The notes beneath the pieces were generated by a model, which saw nothing but the letters and a program-made list of their open reading frames with translations, ran no database searches and had not been told where the DNA came from. From Octopus sinensis (taxonomy: Eukaryota): a DNA stretch of 64,000 bases. Positions 51,859 to 64,000 of the stretch are shown here, one piece after another; positions within the stretch are counted from its first letter, which is position 1, and every line of letters begins with the position of its first letter. The stretch spans positions 3,038,001 through 3,102,000 of the forward strand of contig NC_043020.1 of the NCBI RefSeq assembly GCF_006345805.1, in the 5' to 3' direction. A program made the position numbers and the translations under genes.

Positions 51859-52711
51859 TATGCATACATACATATATATATGCATACATACACACATACA
51901 TACACATACATACATACACACATACACACACCCACCCACTATATATTTGGTCCTCACTTCAGCTTTATTACAATTATCTTAGTTTCTTAGTCAGAGTTCT
52001 GTTGTCATAAAATAAAGCTAAAGTGAAGACCAAATATATACGGTGCATGTCTTTAACTAGCAAATATGATCTTCCCCAAGTGTAACAATAATGTTAAAAT
52101 TATTAGCTGAAGTGATATCATTACAGACAACTATAATAATATTGATTGGGGTGGGATAAAAATGTCTTAAGGATGGCAAGAGAAGGCAGTAGCAACTTCA
52201 GTGAGCTTTCAAAGTCAGTGAACCTGATAGGATAAAGTGAGACCCAACACTCTACAAACAGTAATTTAAGTCACTATTAAATGCTAAATACCAGTAGCTA
52301 TTGGCTAAATTGCTATTAAAACTGACTTTTAAAAACACTTAAGGAAAAAAACCATTACCCTTTACTAAACACTGAATCTGACTTCTTACTACTGAAAATT
52401 TTTCAAGCCACCCATGTACATAAAAATGGTTTTCCGATATTTCAGCTCTGGTCAGTGATTATTCCACTGAATAAGCCAGCCACCCCTAACCTATCTACCA
52501 TCAACCCTCAACAACTACCATTTCCATTGCCACTATCACCACCACCACCAACACCATCGACATCTTCCCAATTTCTTTGAAATATCTATTCCTCCCTCCT
52601 CTCTTTCTATTCAATTCAATTCAATGCTTTACACTCTGGAAATGATGTGCTAGCAACCTGAAATCTCTTTTGATGTTAAGAAATGTAGAAAGAGATCTAC
52701 AAAAACAAATA

Positions 52712-52775
<64 letters not shown>

Positions 52776-53472
52776 CACACACACACACATAGACATATGA
52801 CAAACATGTAAAACTGGAATTGTGTCTAAAGGTACCACTTAGTCATTCACTGAATAGACTGATAAAATAAGTACCAGACTGAAATACTGAAAGTAGTTAT
52901 GGTTGACTAAAACTCCTTGAAAGCCATGTCCTAATATGGACATAGTCCAATGGCTGAAACAGAGTCAAAAGAATAACAGAATGCAACCACAGACCAATAG
53001 GCAGATCAAAGAACAGACAGACTGATAGATAGATAGATAGATTTTCAGGGATGTGTAAGTTGTATTTGTGCATTGTTTTTATGTGTCAGGTAAAAAAAAG
53101 AAAAAAGAGTAGGCACTTTGAATTGCAGGTACAAGTCCATCTAGAAGGCTTCTTCAGTTTCCATCTGCTCATTTCACTTGAGGACAAGGATCACACCAGG
53201 CTATGGTAAAAGATACTTCCACACAGCAGAACCAAGCCTGAGACCTTAAGATTGTGAAACAAACATACAAACTTCATCAGTTGACAGAGTTCTTGGTTAT
53301 TTTTCTTTTTTTTCACTACTTGCCAAGCTGGTCAAAGCTACAAAGTCATTTCAACAACATTCTTGTATAAAAATAATAAATTTGTACTCTACAAAAGTAT
53401 AGAGTAAACCCATCAGATTAATGTAAAATTGATTTTTTTATAACATAAAAACAAACATCAACATAGATACAT

Positions 53473-53505
<33 letters not shown>

Positions 53506-53637
53506 GGGAGCAAGGAATACATACACATGGTATGTATATCCATATGTACATTTAAATATGCATATAAATCTATATATTAATCCATATTACACGTACACAC
53601 CTCTCTTTCTCTCTATATATAAACACACACACACGTG

Positions 53638-53673
<36 letters not shown>

Positions 53674-55300
53674 CATACTCACCTATACACCTGTCAATAC
53701 AACCCCCAAGTTTATATTACTGTTCTAAAATCTATATCAACAGACATGCATGTCTGTTGGAAACATTAGGGATACATTATCCTATGGCAAGTGTATAAAT
53801 ATCCTCTCCCTGCATAAATGAAAGCCACACAGTATGGAAGACAAGAGTAAAAGGAATTGCAACAGGCATGTTCATCTCCAGTCTCGAGCTAATCGACTTT
53901 TTCATTTTCCACTTGAAATGGAAAATAAGGCTGGAGAAGAAATGCCTGTTGCAAAGTGCGTTTCGTAAAAGATGGAAGTCTATAGCAAGTATGTTGCGAT
54001 TGAAAGAACCTGTTTAATTAAGAATGTGGAAAAGGAGAAAGCAAAGTCTTCAGTGTGAGTATGTGGTTTGTGGGGTCGACCGCGTCCTCCACTTCATTTT
54101 TTGTTAATCACTCATTCTCATGTAATTGTATATATTTTAATTGTTTGTTTATTCATACGTTTCGTCTCATTCGATACCCTGACCCCCAACGTTTGTTTTG
54201 TCCCCTCTTTTTCTCAACCTTATGGTGAATAAATACTCTCTCTCTCTCTCATTTTCTCCTTATCAAGAAGTGTCTGCACATGAATAAAAAGACTTCCAAG
54301 CTAAACAACAAAGACTATTTGCCATCAAAGATTCCAACAAAAATTACAAGTCATAGCACAGGACACACTGTTTTATTCTCTGAATGGTTTCATTCATTCG
54401 GATGTGGATATAGTGGACCACTTACCTTTTCAAGGTTTTTGGCCAATTAGATTTGACCCTGGTACTTTTTCTGGTGCTCACTTAATTTTCATAGAACGCA
54501 AAATGCAAACTTAAGAGATGACTTGGTCAAATAAAAATTACATCAGATATTTCTGTTTCAATGCACAGGTTTTCATTGCATGTAGATTTGTATGCATAGA
54601 GAGATTTACAGATAGAGAGGACTCGTTAGTCCCACCAAGGACAAGACTGCACCTCTAGTGACAATGCCACAATGAAATGCAATCATTACACTAGGTAATG
54701 TGGTTGTTATTGTTGTTGTTAGGAAAGGCATCCAGCAATAGAAACCACGGTGAAAATGGAATGTATGAGCGAGATGCACCATATTTGATGGTATTTAAAC
54801 CATTATTTACTACACCATCAACATCACCACCACCACCATCATTTTACATCCACTTTCCACACTGGCATGGGTTGGACAGTTCCTGACAGTCTGAGTCGGT
54901 TCTTATTTAGAGACCATCGTACCATCTTGCTGTGGTCTTTCTACTAGAAAATTTTGTTGTTCTTGCATTCACATACATTGATTGAATCAGCAGCACAATG
55001 GAAAGGAAGGTGCAGTGAGAAGTAGCAGTTTGAGAAACTGTTAGACATGTACTGAGAGAGAAAAACAAATGTTTTTTTTTTTAGGTATCTAAGCATTATT
55101 TAGATGTGTGTGTCTAATAAATAATTGCAACAGAACAAAGTCTGCTTCAGGCCTTAAGGTCACATTCACCCATTGTTTATCTTCGGAATCAATATTTTCA
55201 GATGTATCAAAACAAACCATTCACCTTGAAGACCATTTAAAGCTATGTTTCGCTATGTTAGAATCAGAAATATGTAATTCCTTTCTGAATCAGAAATTAC

Positions 55301-55355
55301 CAAAACTATCATTACATGGCTTCAGTTTTGCCCTTAATGTTGATTCGTTTGTCAA
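55301..55355 (-). CDS. Possible upstream exon (LTNESTLRAKLKPCNDSF; alternative donor at 55316)
   Basis: Acceptor tatttattcattcaatttag; donor TTG|GTAATT or CAT|GTAATG. Confidence 0.25.
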
Positions 55356-56126
55356 CTAAATTGAATGAATAAATAGGTAAATGTTTATTTATTGTATTCC
55401 TTTATATGCCAAGGTATATTACCAATATCACCCATGTATATATGATGGGGTTCTTTTAGATTTTGTCAACCAAATCTACACACAAGGCTTTGGTTGGCCT
55501 GGGGCTATAGAAAAAGACACTTGACCAAGTTGCCATGCAGTGGGACTGAACCCTAAACTTTGTGGTTGGGAAGCAAATTTCTTACCACACAGCCATGCCT
55601 GCACTTGGGATTACTTACTTTTAGAATGACAGTTGCTATGATGAGTGAAAAGTCTAAAGTTTTGGGCTCTTGTATTTCAATGGTACCTTCTAGAAGGGGC
55701 TCAGGCTAACAAACTAACAGATGGAAACTTTAACTGTTTTATTACCATATCCCAGTTAACATACACTGCCTTTGCTTCAATTAATTTTTAACATAATGAA
55801 GCATTTTGTAAAATAACTTTCTCATTATTAAGATGGGGCCTGGAACAAATCAGTACAAAATTTTGATGGAAGGTTATATAATTTAGAGCACTTTAAACCA
55901 GTAAAGTTTATGTTATAGAACCTGGGACAGTTTCAAGTGGGCTGATATCAAAAGGCTTAAGAAGACTGTCATTTGTGTGTGTGTGTGGCTATGTATCTTC
56001 TTATCTTGACATTTATGCTCTGCTTAAAAAGATGTGTCATATAACTGTCATTGTTAATAATCTGCTGGGTAACCATGTTTAACCACTGAGTATGTTGTTG
56101 GTAGGACTGGGAAAAGAGTACCTTAC

Positions 56127-56166
56127 TTGGAAACAAATGAGAGACAGCAACAAGAGGAGTATCCAT
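56127..56166 (-). CDS. Possible upstream exon (all three frames open, e.g. WILLLLLSLICFQ)
   Basis: Strong acceptor tttttttcttctatag and donor CAA|GTAAGG; 40 nt. Confidence 0.3.
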
Positions 56167-56574
56167 CTATAGAAGAAAAAAAACTGCTTCAATATCATTC
56201 CAGCATCATCATGATAATGATGATGATGTTGATGACAGTAGTAGTGATGAGGAGGAAGATGTAGCGTTGCACTAGAAACTGATGATATATTTCTCATTGT
56301 TTACAATTAGTAAGCTTTATATCATAAAATCCAGTTGTTTACTTGCAAGTCAATTCTGATCAAGCAGCTTCGTGGTCAAAGTCTTTCCTTTTAATGACTT
56401 ACCATCCTATCTTTTCTTCAGATGTATTTAGGGCTACAATACTAAGATGTGATTTGAAGGAGACTTAACAGCTATTTGTAGCAGGTTAAGCAACCATGCA
56501 GATGCTCTGAGCTTTTCCAGTGGAATCTATTTATTACAAGATGGACAAGAGACAATGATGAGATGTGTAACACG

Positions 56575-57005
56575 GCAGAGAGCTGGCAGAATCGTTAGCA
56601 CACCATGCGAAAAGTTTAGCGGTATTTCATCTGGCAAGCTGGGTGAAATGCTAAGCGGTATTTCATCTGCCATTACGTTCTGAGTTCAAATTCCACCGAG
56701 GTCAACTTTCATCCTTTCGGGGTCGATAAATTAAGTACCAGTTACGCACGGGAGTCGATGTAATCGACTTAATCCGTTTGTCTGTCCTTGTTTGTCCCCT
56801 CTGTGTTTAGCTCCTTGTGGGTAGTAAAGAAATAGGTATTTCATCTGCCGCTACATTCTGAGTTCAAATTCCGCCGAGGTCGACTTTGCCTTTCATCCTT
56901 TTGGAGTCGATTAAATAATTACCAGTTATGCACTGCGGTCAATGTCATCGACTTAATCCCTTGTTTGTCCTCTCTATGTTTAGCCCCTTGTGGGCAATAA
57001 AGAAA
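56575..57005 (+). mobile_element. SINE family B head-to-tail dimer
   Basis: First unit with head, then a second unit starting again at GGTATTTCATCTGCC (~56836) after TTGTGGGTAGTAAAGAAATA. Confidence 0.85.
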
Positions 57006-57617
57006 GAAATATTACATGTAACACAATCTAACAAGAAAGGGGATAGAACACTAAATAAATATAAAAAATATTAAATTTGTTCAAAGAAAAATTCATTAAT
57101 TCTTTGAATTTCTCTTTTTTTTTTTTCATATGACACTCAAATTAATTTTACAGAATTAAAATAATTAAAATATGCATTTTTCTTATCTCTTTTTGTTGGA
57201 AGGATTCCAGCTTAAGATGAAGATTATTTTTTTCATTAGAATTAATATGCAGAAATAATTTATCAATATATTGGGAGCACTGAAGATTAAAATCAACATA
57301 AGAGAATGGAAATGAAAATGAGCCCTGGGAGATTTGAATTCAAGAGAATGAAATATCAAAACAGATTCAGGCATTCAGCCTGATTTTTATAATGATCTCT
57401 CACATTGGCATTGATAGCCACAAATTTAAAGACAGATTCACAGTCAAATGTGATCAACCTCACTACATGACTGGTACTTATACCCTGACCTCCTAGAATA
57501 ATAAAAGACGAAAGTCAGGATCACCATGATTTTAACTCCAAATGTAAAAGTAATAACTTTTGAGGTAGTTTTGTCAATGCTCTTCTATTTCTTTTATTCC
57601 AACTATCTTTCTAATAA

Positions 57618-57999
57618 CTAGCAGGCGTATCCAGCGTTGCCCGGGGCTGTTTGTTAAGTATGCCTGGTCAACGCAGTCTCCCACAAAGTAGAGCTGAATA
57701 AACTGAGGCAAAGCAGCATTATGCGGCTGCAGGGAACCAATTCTTTAGGAAATCTGCCCCTGCACTTTAAAGCAAGGCTTGAAATACCCATCTCCAGCTG
57801 GGTGTGTGTCACGTTTTTTCGCTGGCTCAAGCCTAATCCTAGGCAAATTGAGAGTTGTCTATTTATGTTGGGGCCGCAGAATTTCGAGGAAAAAATTTTA
57901 AGAAAAAGCATCCTATGTCAAAGAGAGCACACATGTCAAAAGTGGTGAAATTCAGTTGGAAATTGTAGGAGTAGACAACTTGCCTTTTAATATATAAGA
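57618..57999 (-). mobile_element. Non-autonomous Helitron with intact termini
   Basis: Minus strand reads A|TCTTATATATTAAAAG ... CCCGGGCAACGCTGG-ATACGCCTG-CTAG|T: 5' TC, subterminal GC-rich hairpin, 3' CTAG, A|T insertion site, no TSD; 382 bp. Confidence 0.85.
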
Positions 58000-58014
58000 T
58001 AATGATGATGATAA

Positions 58015-58225
58015 TGGTTTCAATGTTTAGCACAAGGCCAGCAGGTTCAGGGAGAGGTAAGTCGATTACACCAGCCCCAGTACTCAACTGGTACTTATTT
58101 TATTGACCCCAAAAGGGGAGAAAGCAAAATCAACCATGACAGCATTTGAACTTTGAACATAAAGACAGATGAAATGCCAGTAAGCATTTTTCTCGACATG
58201 CTAACGATACTTCCAGCTCACTGTC
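58015..58225 (-). mobile_element. SINE family B
   Basis: Same motifs as 39160-39368. Confidence 0.75.
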
Positions 58226-58699
58226 TTAATAATGATACTAATAATGGTTTCTGATGCTGATACAAGGCTAGAAATTTTGAGAGTAGAGTTTGGTGGATTC
58301 CATCAACCCCAGCCATTGATTAGTATTTCATTTGGTTAACTCTGGAGGGATAAAAAGCTAAGTTGATCATCAAGGCAAAACAATTACTGCAAGATATTTT
58401 GTCTAAACCTGTAATAATTCTACTAATCTACTAATCCACTCCCTAGAAGAGGAGGACGACGACAATGACAAAAATGTCAACAAGGACTTATTACCAATAA
58501 GTAAAGAAATAACTATTCAGTCACTTGTTCAGCTAGAAATAGCAGCCAAATTTCCCTCAAATTACCACCACATATCCATTTTTAGAACTACATTTTTTAT
58601 GTATTAGCTTTGAAATTATTGTCAAGCATCTCCATTAGAAATTCAGTAGCAAAATTAAAAAAAAAAACTAGTGTCAATTACTGTGTGTGTGTGTGTGTG

Positions 58700-59108
58700 T
58701 GTTGAATTTAATAGTTATTTTTCCACAGTTATGAATTAATCATGTATTATCTTCTAACTTTGAGATTTAGATGGTGTGATAGTTTACTTTTAGAATGACG
58801 TTGCAGAGTAGGTGTGAGAGATCAGATCTGGCCAGTTTTAATATAAAACTAGTAGAATATTTGGGCCAGATATGGTGAGTTTAACCCTTTAGAGTTCAGA
58901 ATACTCTGTTAAATGTAATGCTTTTTCACTCAAATTGCTTTGAATTAATCCTGCATTATCTTATAGCATTGAGGTTTCAATGATGTGAATATTTATTTTT
59001 AGAATGTCAATGTAGGTTAGGTGTGAGAGGCTAGATATGGCTAGTTCAAATATAAAACCAGTAGAATATTTGGGCCAGATATGGTCAGTTTAAATGCTAT
59101 AGGGCTAA
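58700..59108. mobile_element. Two adjacent piggyBac-like MITE copies sharing a TTAA
   Basis: The first copy ends at GAGT-TTAA (58884); the second runs TTAA|CCCTTTAG...TATAGGG|CTAA (58881-59108). Confidence 0.7.
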
Positions 59109-59974
59109 GTGGACTTGATTATTTGATAAGCAGATATCTATAAAATAAGTAGCGGATAAAGTATCCGACAAACCTTTGAAGGCAGTGTTTCAGCATGGCT
59201 GCAGTCCAGTGAGTAAAACCAGCAAAACAAGGAAAGAATACAAAATCTATAAGCTGTTAGTCCAATATCTTAACCACTTGACCACTCCAGCTGCAAAGAA
59301 GGGTCCAATCAGAAGAAGAATCATAATATGGAATTTGAAGAACAGAGACACATTGTTCTACTGCAGGAACTCTTGGGTGTCTACAGTCTTCATTTGGTTA
59401 CACAAGCAATCAATATATTCAGTGTTGCATCCACAATACCCTCAAGGTTGCTATTGTTGCAGCTTGAGAATTTGCTGTTGAAAAATTTTAACTTCTTCAT
59501 AATAGCTTTTTTATTGATTTTTCTTCTTGTACCAGTGGTGTGTAGTAAAAATTCACATGATATATAATTAAACAAACTGAGATTGGTTTTCCACTCTGTG
59601 TGTGAGAGAGAGAGAGAGGGGGGGCAGGGAGAGAGATAGAGTGAGTTTGTGCCAAGCCAACTGCCAGAAGTAGTTGGACAAAATGGATTTAATTACATCT
59701 TTTTATGAGTTCAAATCACACCAACGTCAACTTTAACAGCCATACAGAATTGTCAGAATAATTTCTAACTACAAGGCACAGAGATGGCTATGTGGAAAAG
59801 GAGTTTGCTTCATGAACTCATGGTTTGGGGTTCAGTTCCATTGTGTGACACTTGAGCAAGTGACATCTACTGTAGTCCTAACATCCTTGCACGCTTCTCG
59901 TTTTATCCAAAAATAGCCCACACTTCCATTATAATTTTATAAGTTATGAGATTATTATTATTATTATTATTGAG

Positions 59975-60285
59975 GCAGTGAGCTGGCAGAATCATTAGCA
60001 TGCTGGGCAAAATGGTTAGCAGCATTTCATCCATCTTAAAGATGTTCTCAGTTCAAATTCCGCCAAGGTCAACTTTGCCTTTCATCCTTTCGGGGTCTTA
60101 CATATTGGGGTCGATGTAATTGATTTACCCCCTCCCCAAAGTTTCTGGCCTTGTGCTATAGTAGAAAGGATTATTATTATATGCAGGTGTGGCCATGTGG
60201 CTGAGAAGTTTGCTTTTCAACCGCAAGATCTCAGGTTCAGTCCCACCATGCAGCATGTTGGGCAAGTGTCTTCTGCTATAACCAT
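59975..60285 (+). mobile_element. SINE family B followed by a family A head
   Basis: GAGCTGGCAGAATCATTAGC...CCTTGTGCTATAGTAG, then GCAGGTGTGGCCATGTGG...GGTTCAGTCCCAC. Confidence 0.75.
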
Positions 60286-60631
60286 CCTATATTTTTCTAT
60301 ATCCATGACTGCACTGCCTTGTGAATGAAATTGAGTAAATTGTAGAACTATGTGAAAACCTGTCAAACAAACTGTATCAATAATTTCAATGGGTCACAAT
60401 TGTTACACATGACATGTTGCTATTGTTTTTGTACGGCATTTCTCACAGTTCTACATTTACACTTGAAATCCGACTTGCCTAACTCTGCCTGAGAATTGCA
60501 TTAAGGTTACAAATATTTGTGAAATACTTAGACTTGTACTCTGTAATTCAGTGAGGTGGTGGTTCTGTTGATCAAAAAGAATACTCCTCACTAAACTAAC
60601 AGAGAATTGATTTTACCATCTGTCCGTCAGC

Positions 60632-60860
60632 TTATCCCTTAAGCATTCAGATTACTCTATCAAATGTAATGCTTATTTGTTCACATTGTTATAAATAAAT
60701 CAGGCATTGTCTCATAACTTCAAGATTTCAAACAATGTGATTGTTTATTTTTTAGAATGACAATGTAGGATAGGTGTGAGAAGCCAGATCTGGTTGGTTG
60801 AACATAAAGCAGGTAGAATATTCGGGAGGGACATAGCTGGTTTGAATGCTAAAGGGTTAA
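60632..60860. mobile_element. piggyBac-like MITE
   Basis: TTAT|CCCTTAAG ... CTAAAGGG|TTAA; body homologous to 58881-59108. Confidence 0.75.
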
Positions 60861-61337
60861 GGGTGTATGTCATTGTATACCTTTATTCCATTCTATTCAA
60901 CCATTATCTTCTCTGAATGATACTCTAACAATTCCACCAAACCACTGCCCTGGGACGGGACTTCATTTATCTCAGTAGAATGTGAACGCAGAACACATAG
61001 AACCAGAACAAATACTGCAAACCATTCTAATACTATGCCATTTCACTGCAACATATAAATGTTTGTATGGATATACAATATAGATTAACAATATAGATTT
61101 GTTGACTGTTGGCAAATAAGTACAAGTTGTTTGTTTGTATCTTATACACATTTCACTTCATTTATATTGATAATTTTGATGCAGTTGCTGTTGATTCCAT
61201 CTTATATCGATGGAATGTAGTGCTATATTATCCAATGTATCTTTCCTTTTGTTTTTAAGACACTATTATGTGATTTGACAGAGAACTGGCTGTTCTTTCT
61301 GACAACTCCAATGATAATATAGAGATCCCTTTGTTAG

Positions 61338-61434
61338 TTCATATTTGGGCAATTGGTGTGATTCAGAGTTTGAATTTCAGTTGGCTGAAGATTATTGCAC
61401 AACACAACAGGAAGAAAGGGATTTAGAGAGAATT
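61338..61434 (+). CDS. Possible plus-strand exon (SYLGNWCDSEFEFQLAEDYCTTQQEERDLERI)
   Basis: Acceptor ccctttgttag, donor ATT|GTAAAT; 97 nt; single open frame; no recognised homolog. Confidence 0.3.
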
Positions 61435-61643
61435 GTAAATTAAAGTTTTGATGAAGTGAAAATATTCATTACCACTCTGTTGCAAACATTCAGACCAATG
61501 AGAACTTCATATCCTAATGTATTGCTTAACACTAGAGCAACCCACAAGTCATAGTTTCTTCTCCCATCCTCTTTCCTCTTCCAGTCATAGAATACCAGCA
61601 AAAAAAAATGTAATGGACACTACCCAACCCCATCTTACATAAC

Positions 61644-62006
61644 CAGTGGTCCTCAAGTTTTTATGGTGCATTGAATGTCAGCTAAAAAAATTTGCTGGTG
61701 CACTTAGCAGATTTCATGCTATGTAAAAAAAATTACTAGCATGTTTTGCTTAGAAAATCTTTTTTTAAAAAGCTGTCTTCGAGTAAAAAATTTTTTTCAA
61801 ATACAGAAAACTATTCCTTACCTTTTTTTTTTTTACATTAATCATACCTTCATGATGCAAACTTATAAATAATACATTCTTCATGATGTGCGCATATTAA
61901 TAAGGATTTTCCAAAGCCTTAAATTATATTTGTTAAAATCTGTGACACACCTTGATAGTATTTGCAGCACACCAGTGCACTGTAGTGCACAGTTTGAAAA
62001 TCACAG
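61644..62006. mobile_element. hAT-like MITE
   Basis: Termini CAGTGGTCCTCAA / TTGAAAATCACAG; no clear TSD. Confidence 0.45.
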
Positions 62007-63090
62007 ATTAAATTACAAAGGTATTTAATTACAATTGTTTATGCTTTGGAGGTCAATCTTATACCCCTACTTTGCAGGTTAGTAACCTTGTACCAGTGTG
62101 GGGAGTCAATTATATAATCTACCTGAAGATAGTTTTGTGATCTGACCATGTGTTTCTGCACAAGATATACTTATTTACAGCTAAATGGACTGAGAAGGAA
62201 TTTAGTGTCTTGCCCACTGGGCACTCTTGAAATGTCAATTCTTTTGATTAGGAGACGGCTTATCTTATGGAGTAAACCAGCTGCAACTTTATACTGCTAA
62301 TTAATGAATATGATTTATAATTGTCACTATGTATGACAATATTTAAATATCTCATTCCTCAAAGCAAATAAAATTACCAAACTCTTTCACAAACTCTCTT
62401 CTGGATTAATTTTTACTAATGCAGGTTTTTATGGAATCCAGGTTTTACTAAATAATAAATGCCTTGGTTCGAAGATAATGGAAGTTTTGGCAGTGATTTT
62501 TATTATTGTACATGTCATGTCTTCCTTCACACAGTATTTTTCTTAGCAAGGCTCTACAAAGACATTCCAAGTGGATCTATAACAATCTTGTCAGTAAGTA
62601 AAATGCATAGATGAAAAAATCTAAAACTTTTAATATTTACAGAAATGGATTAGTGTTTTTTTTTTTGGCCCTCGTTTATGATACTACCTAATTGGATACA
62701 GTTTGCAGTAGCATCTAATTAACTACAAAATAATGAGAAAAGAGAGGATGAAGAAAACGACTTTTCATTAGCTTGGTCGGTTATTAGTGGTTTGGATGGG
62801 TTGGGGTAATATAAAAGACTTCTCTGTGACAGATCATTAGAGCCATGCTTCCTAATGCAGAGGGGTTACTTTTTCTAAAACCTCAAAGTTACATGTCAAA
62901 AAAATGTCAATATATCTTCTTCTTTCTCTAACAGTAAATAAACATTGATTATGTACATAGCACAAGAATAAGATTTCATAATGTTTATGCCTGGATCTAT
63001 GACAGCTTATTTTTCTCAGCCAAGACTACAGCATCAGCAACAAGTTGTGCTTCTCTATCACTTAAATGATACCAAATTCTTCACTCTAAA

Positions 63091-63321
63091 GTAGTGGTTC
63101 CCAAACAGGGTCTATATAAGATTTTGTCATTGAAATTTATTTGCAATAAATTGGTTATGCTTCTACAATATAACAAAATGGTTTAAATTTTTAATACACT
63201 TTCTTATATCTAATTTTAAAAATATAATATAATTCTTTAAACACTGAATGGCTAGGAGAGTCCACCCAAGTAAAATAGCAATCAAAGGAGTCCATAGGTT
63301 AAAAATGGTTGAGAAGCATTA
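63091..63321. mobile_element. hAT (Charlie-like) MITE
   Basis: Termini TAGTGGTTCCCAA / TTGAGAAGCATTA with 8-bp TSD CTCTAAAG/GTCTAAAG (one mismatch). Confidence 0.7.
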
Positions 63322-64000
63322 GTCTAAAGTGTTCAAGTCTGGCTATGAGATATCCTTAGGAATGGAATAAGCCAGTTGGTACAGCTGTTTGGATGTTGAT
63401 GGTTTGAAATGGTGGCACCAAAATGGTTGTGGCCAAACATCTCCTGTGCCTCTGGGAACATAGCTATTGATGACTGAATGCACAGCAATCAGTACAACCT
63501 CTACTCTACATATGAGTTCAAACCCTGTGTAGGTCGGTTGCAATAAGGGTGTATACATTTGTTGTTGTAGTAACCAAGGGTGGCTTTTTTTTTGTTTGTT
63601 TTTGCTTTTTTACTAGTTAGAGTAAAATCTAATTTCTTTGAGGAGGTTTTCTAGTACCTTCCACACGGAGCAGCCTGTCTCATGCCAGTGACACAACTAA
63701 AGCATCCACTTCACACAGTAAGACATGCACAACAATGAAGTTGGGTGATTTTTCTCTGTCACTGGTTGAGTTAGATGATGCAGACAATGATGTGACAAGA
63801 TATTGTAAAGACTCATCTAACCCCTACCAGCATGGAAAAACAATTATGAGGAAGATTAAGAACAGCTCCAATCATCACAAACAGATTCTCACTTCAAACA
63901 TCACAAAATTGAGGGAACCTCTATATATTTGCTCAGACTGTTAGAAACAGAAGCTAAATCTCCCTTAAATAACAATTAACCAAAGGAATGGGCACATTAG

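Noticed and set aside
53990-54200. Second hammerhead (CTGAAGA...GAAAC on the minus strand)
   Set aside because: No stem II or stem I pairing and no correctly placed NUH.
55108-55359. 83-aa plus-strand ORF
   Set aside because: No start context, donor or recognisable motif; overlaps a minus-strand acceptor candidate.
62180-62270. Plus-strand exon after strong acceptor acttatttacag
   Set aside because: TACAGCTAAATGGACTG...GTGTCTTGCCCA is a common SINE-type motif.

Overview
AT-rich, repeat-dense animal genomic DNA with no long ORFs. Almost all ORF-track entries are microsatellite, low-complexity or transposon read-throughs. The tRNA-headed SINE families, RTE/CR1 LINE tails and (AT)n/(CA)n load look like an octopod cephalopod (Octopus) genome; this is inferred from repeat recognition and was not verified by search. 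By eye I found a chain of very small, splice-phase-compatible minus-strand exons running from about 39.9 kb to 1.9 kb. It encodes a protein of roughly 260-280 aa that I cannot assign to any family, and its start, middle and end are uncertain. The introns hold two abundant SINE families, RTE and CR1 LINE remnants, Penelope-like remnants, four IS630-Tc1-mariner fossils, hAT-like and piggyBac-like (TTAA) MITEs, a non-autonomous Helitron with intact termini and a ~200 bp unclassified repeat. The clearest structured element is a minimal type I hammerhead ribozyme motif at 572-657 (+), with the palindromic stem III typical of Penelope-like elements. Other notable structures are two long imperfect hairpins (11.9 kb and 53.9 kb) and an inverted SINE-head duplication beside an exon. 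Repeat boundaries are approximate (tens of bp). Exon, ribozyme and Helitron coordinates were counted base by base.
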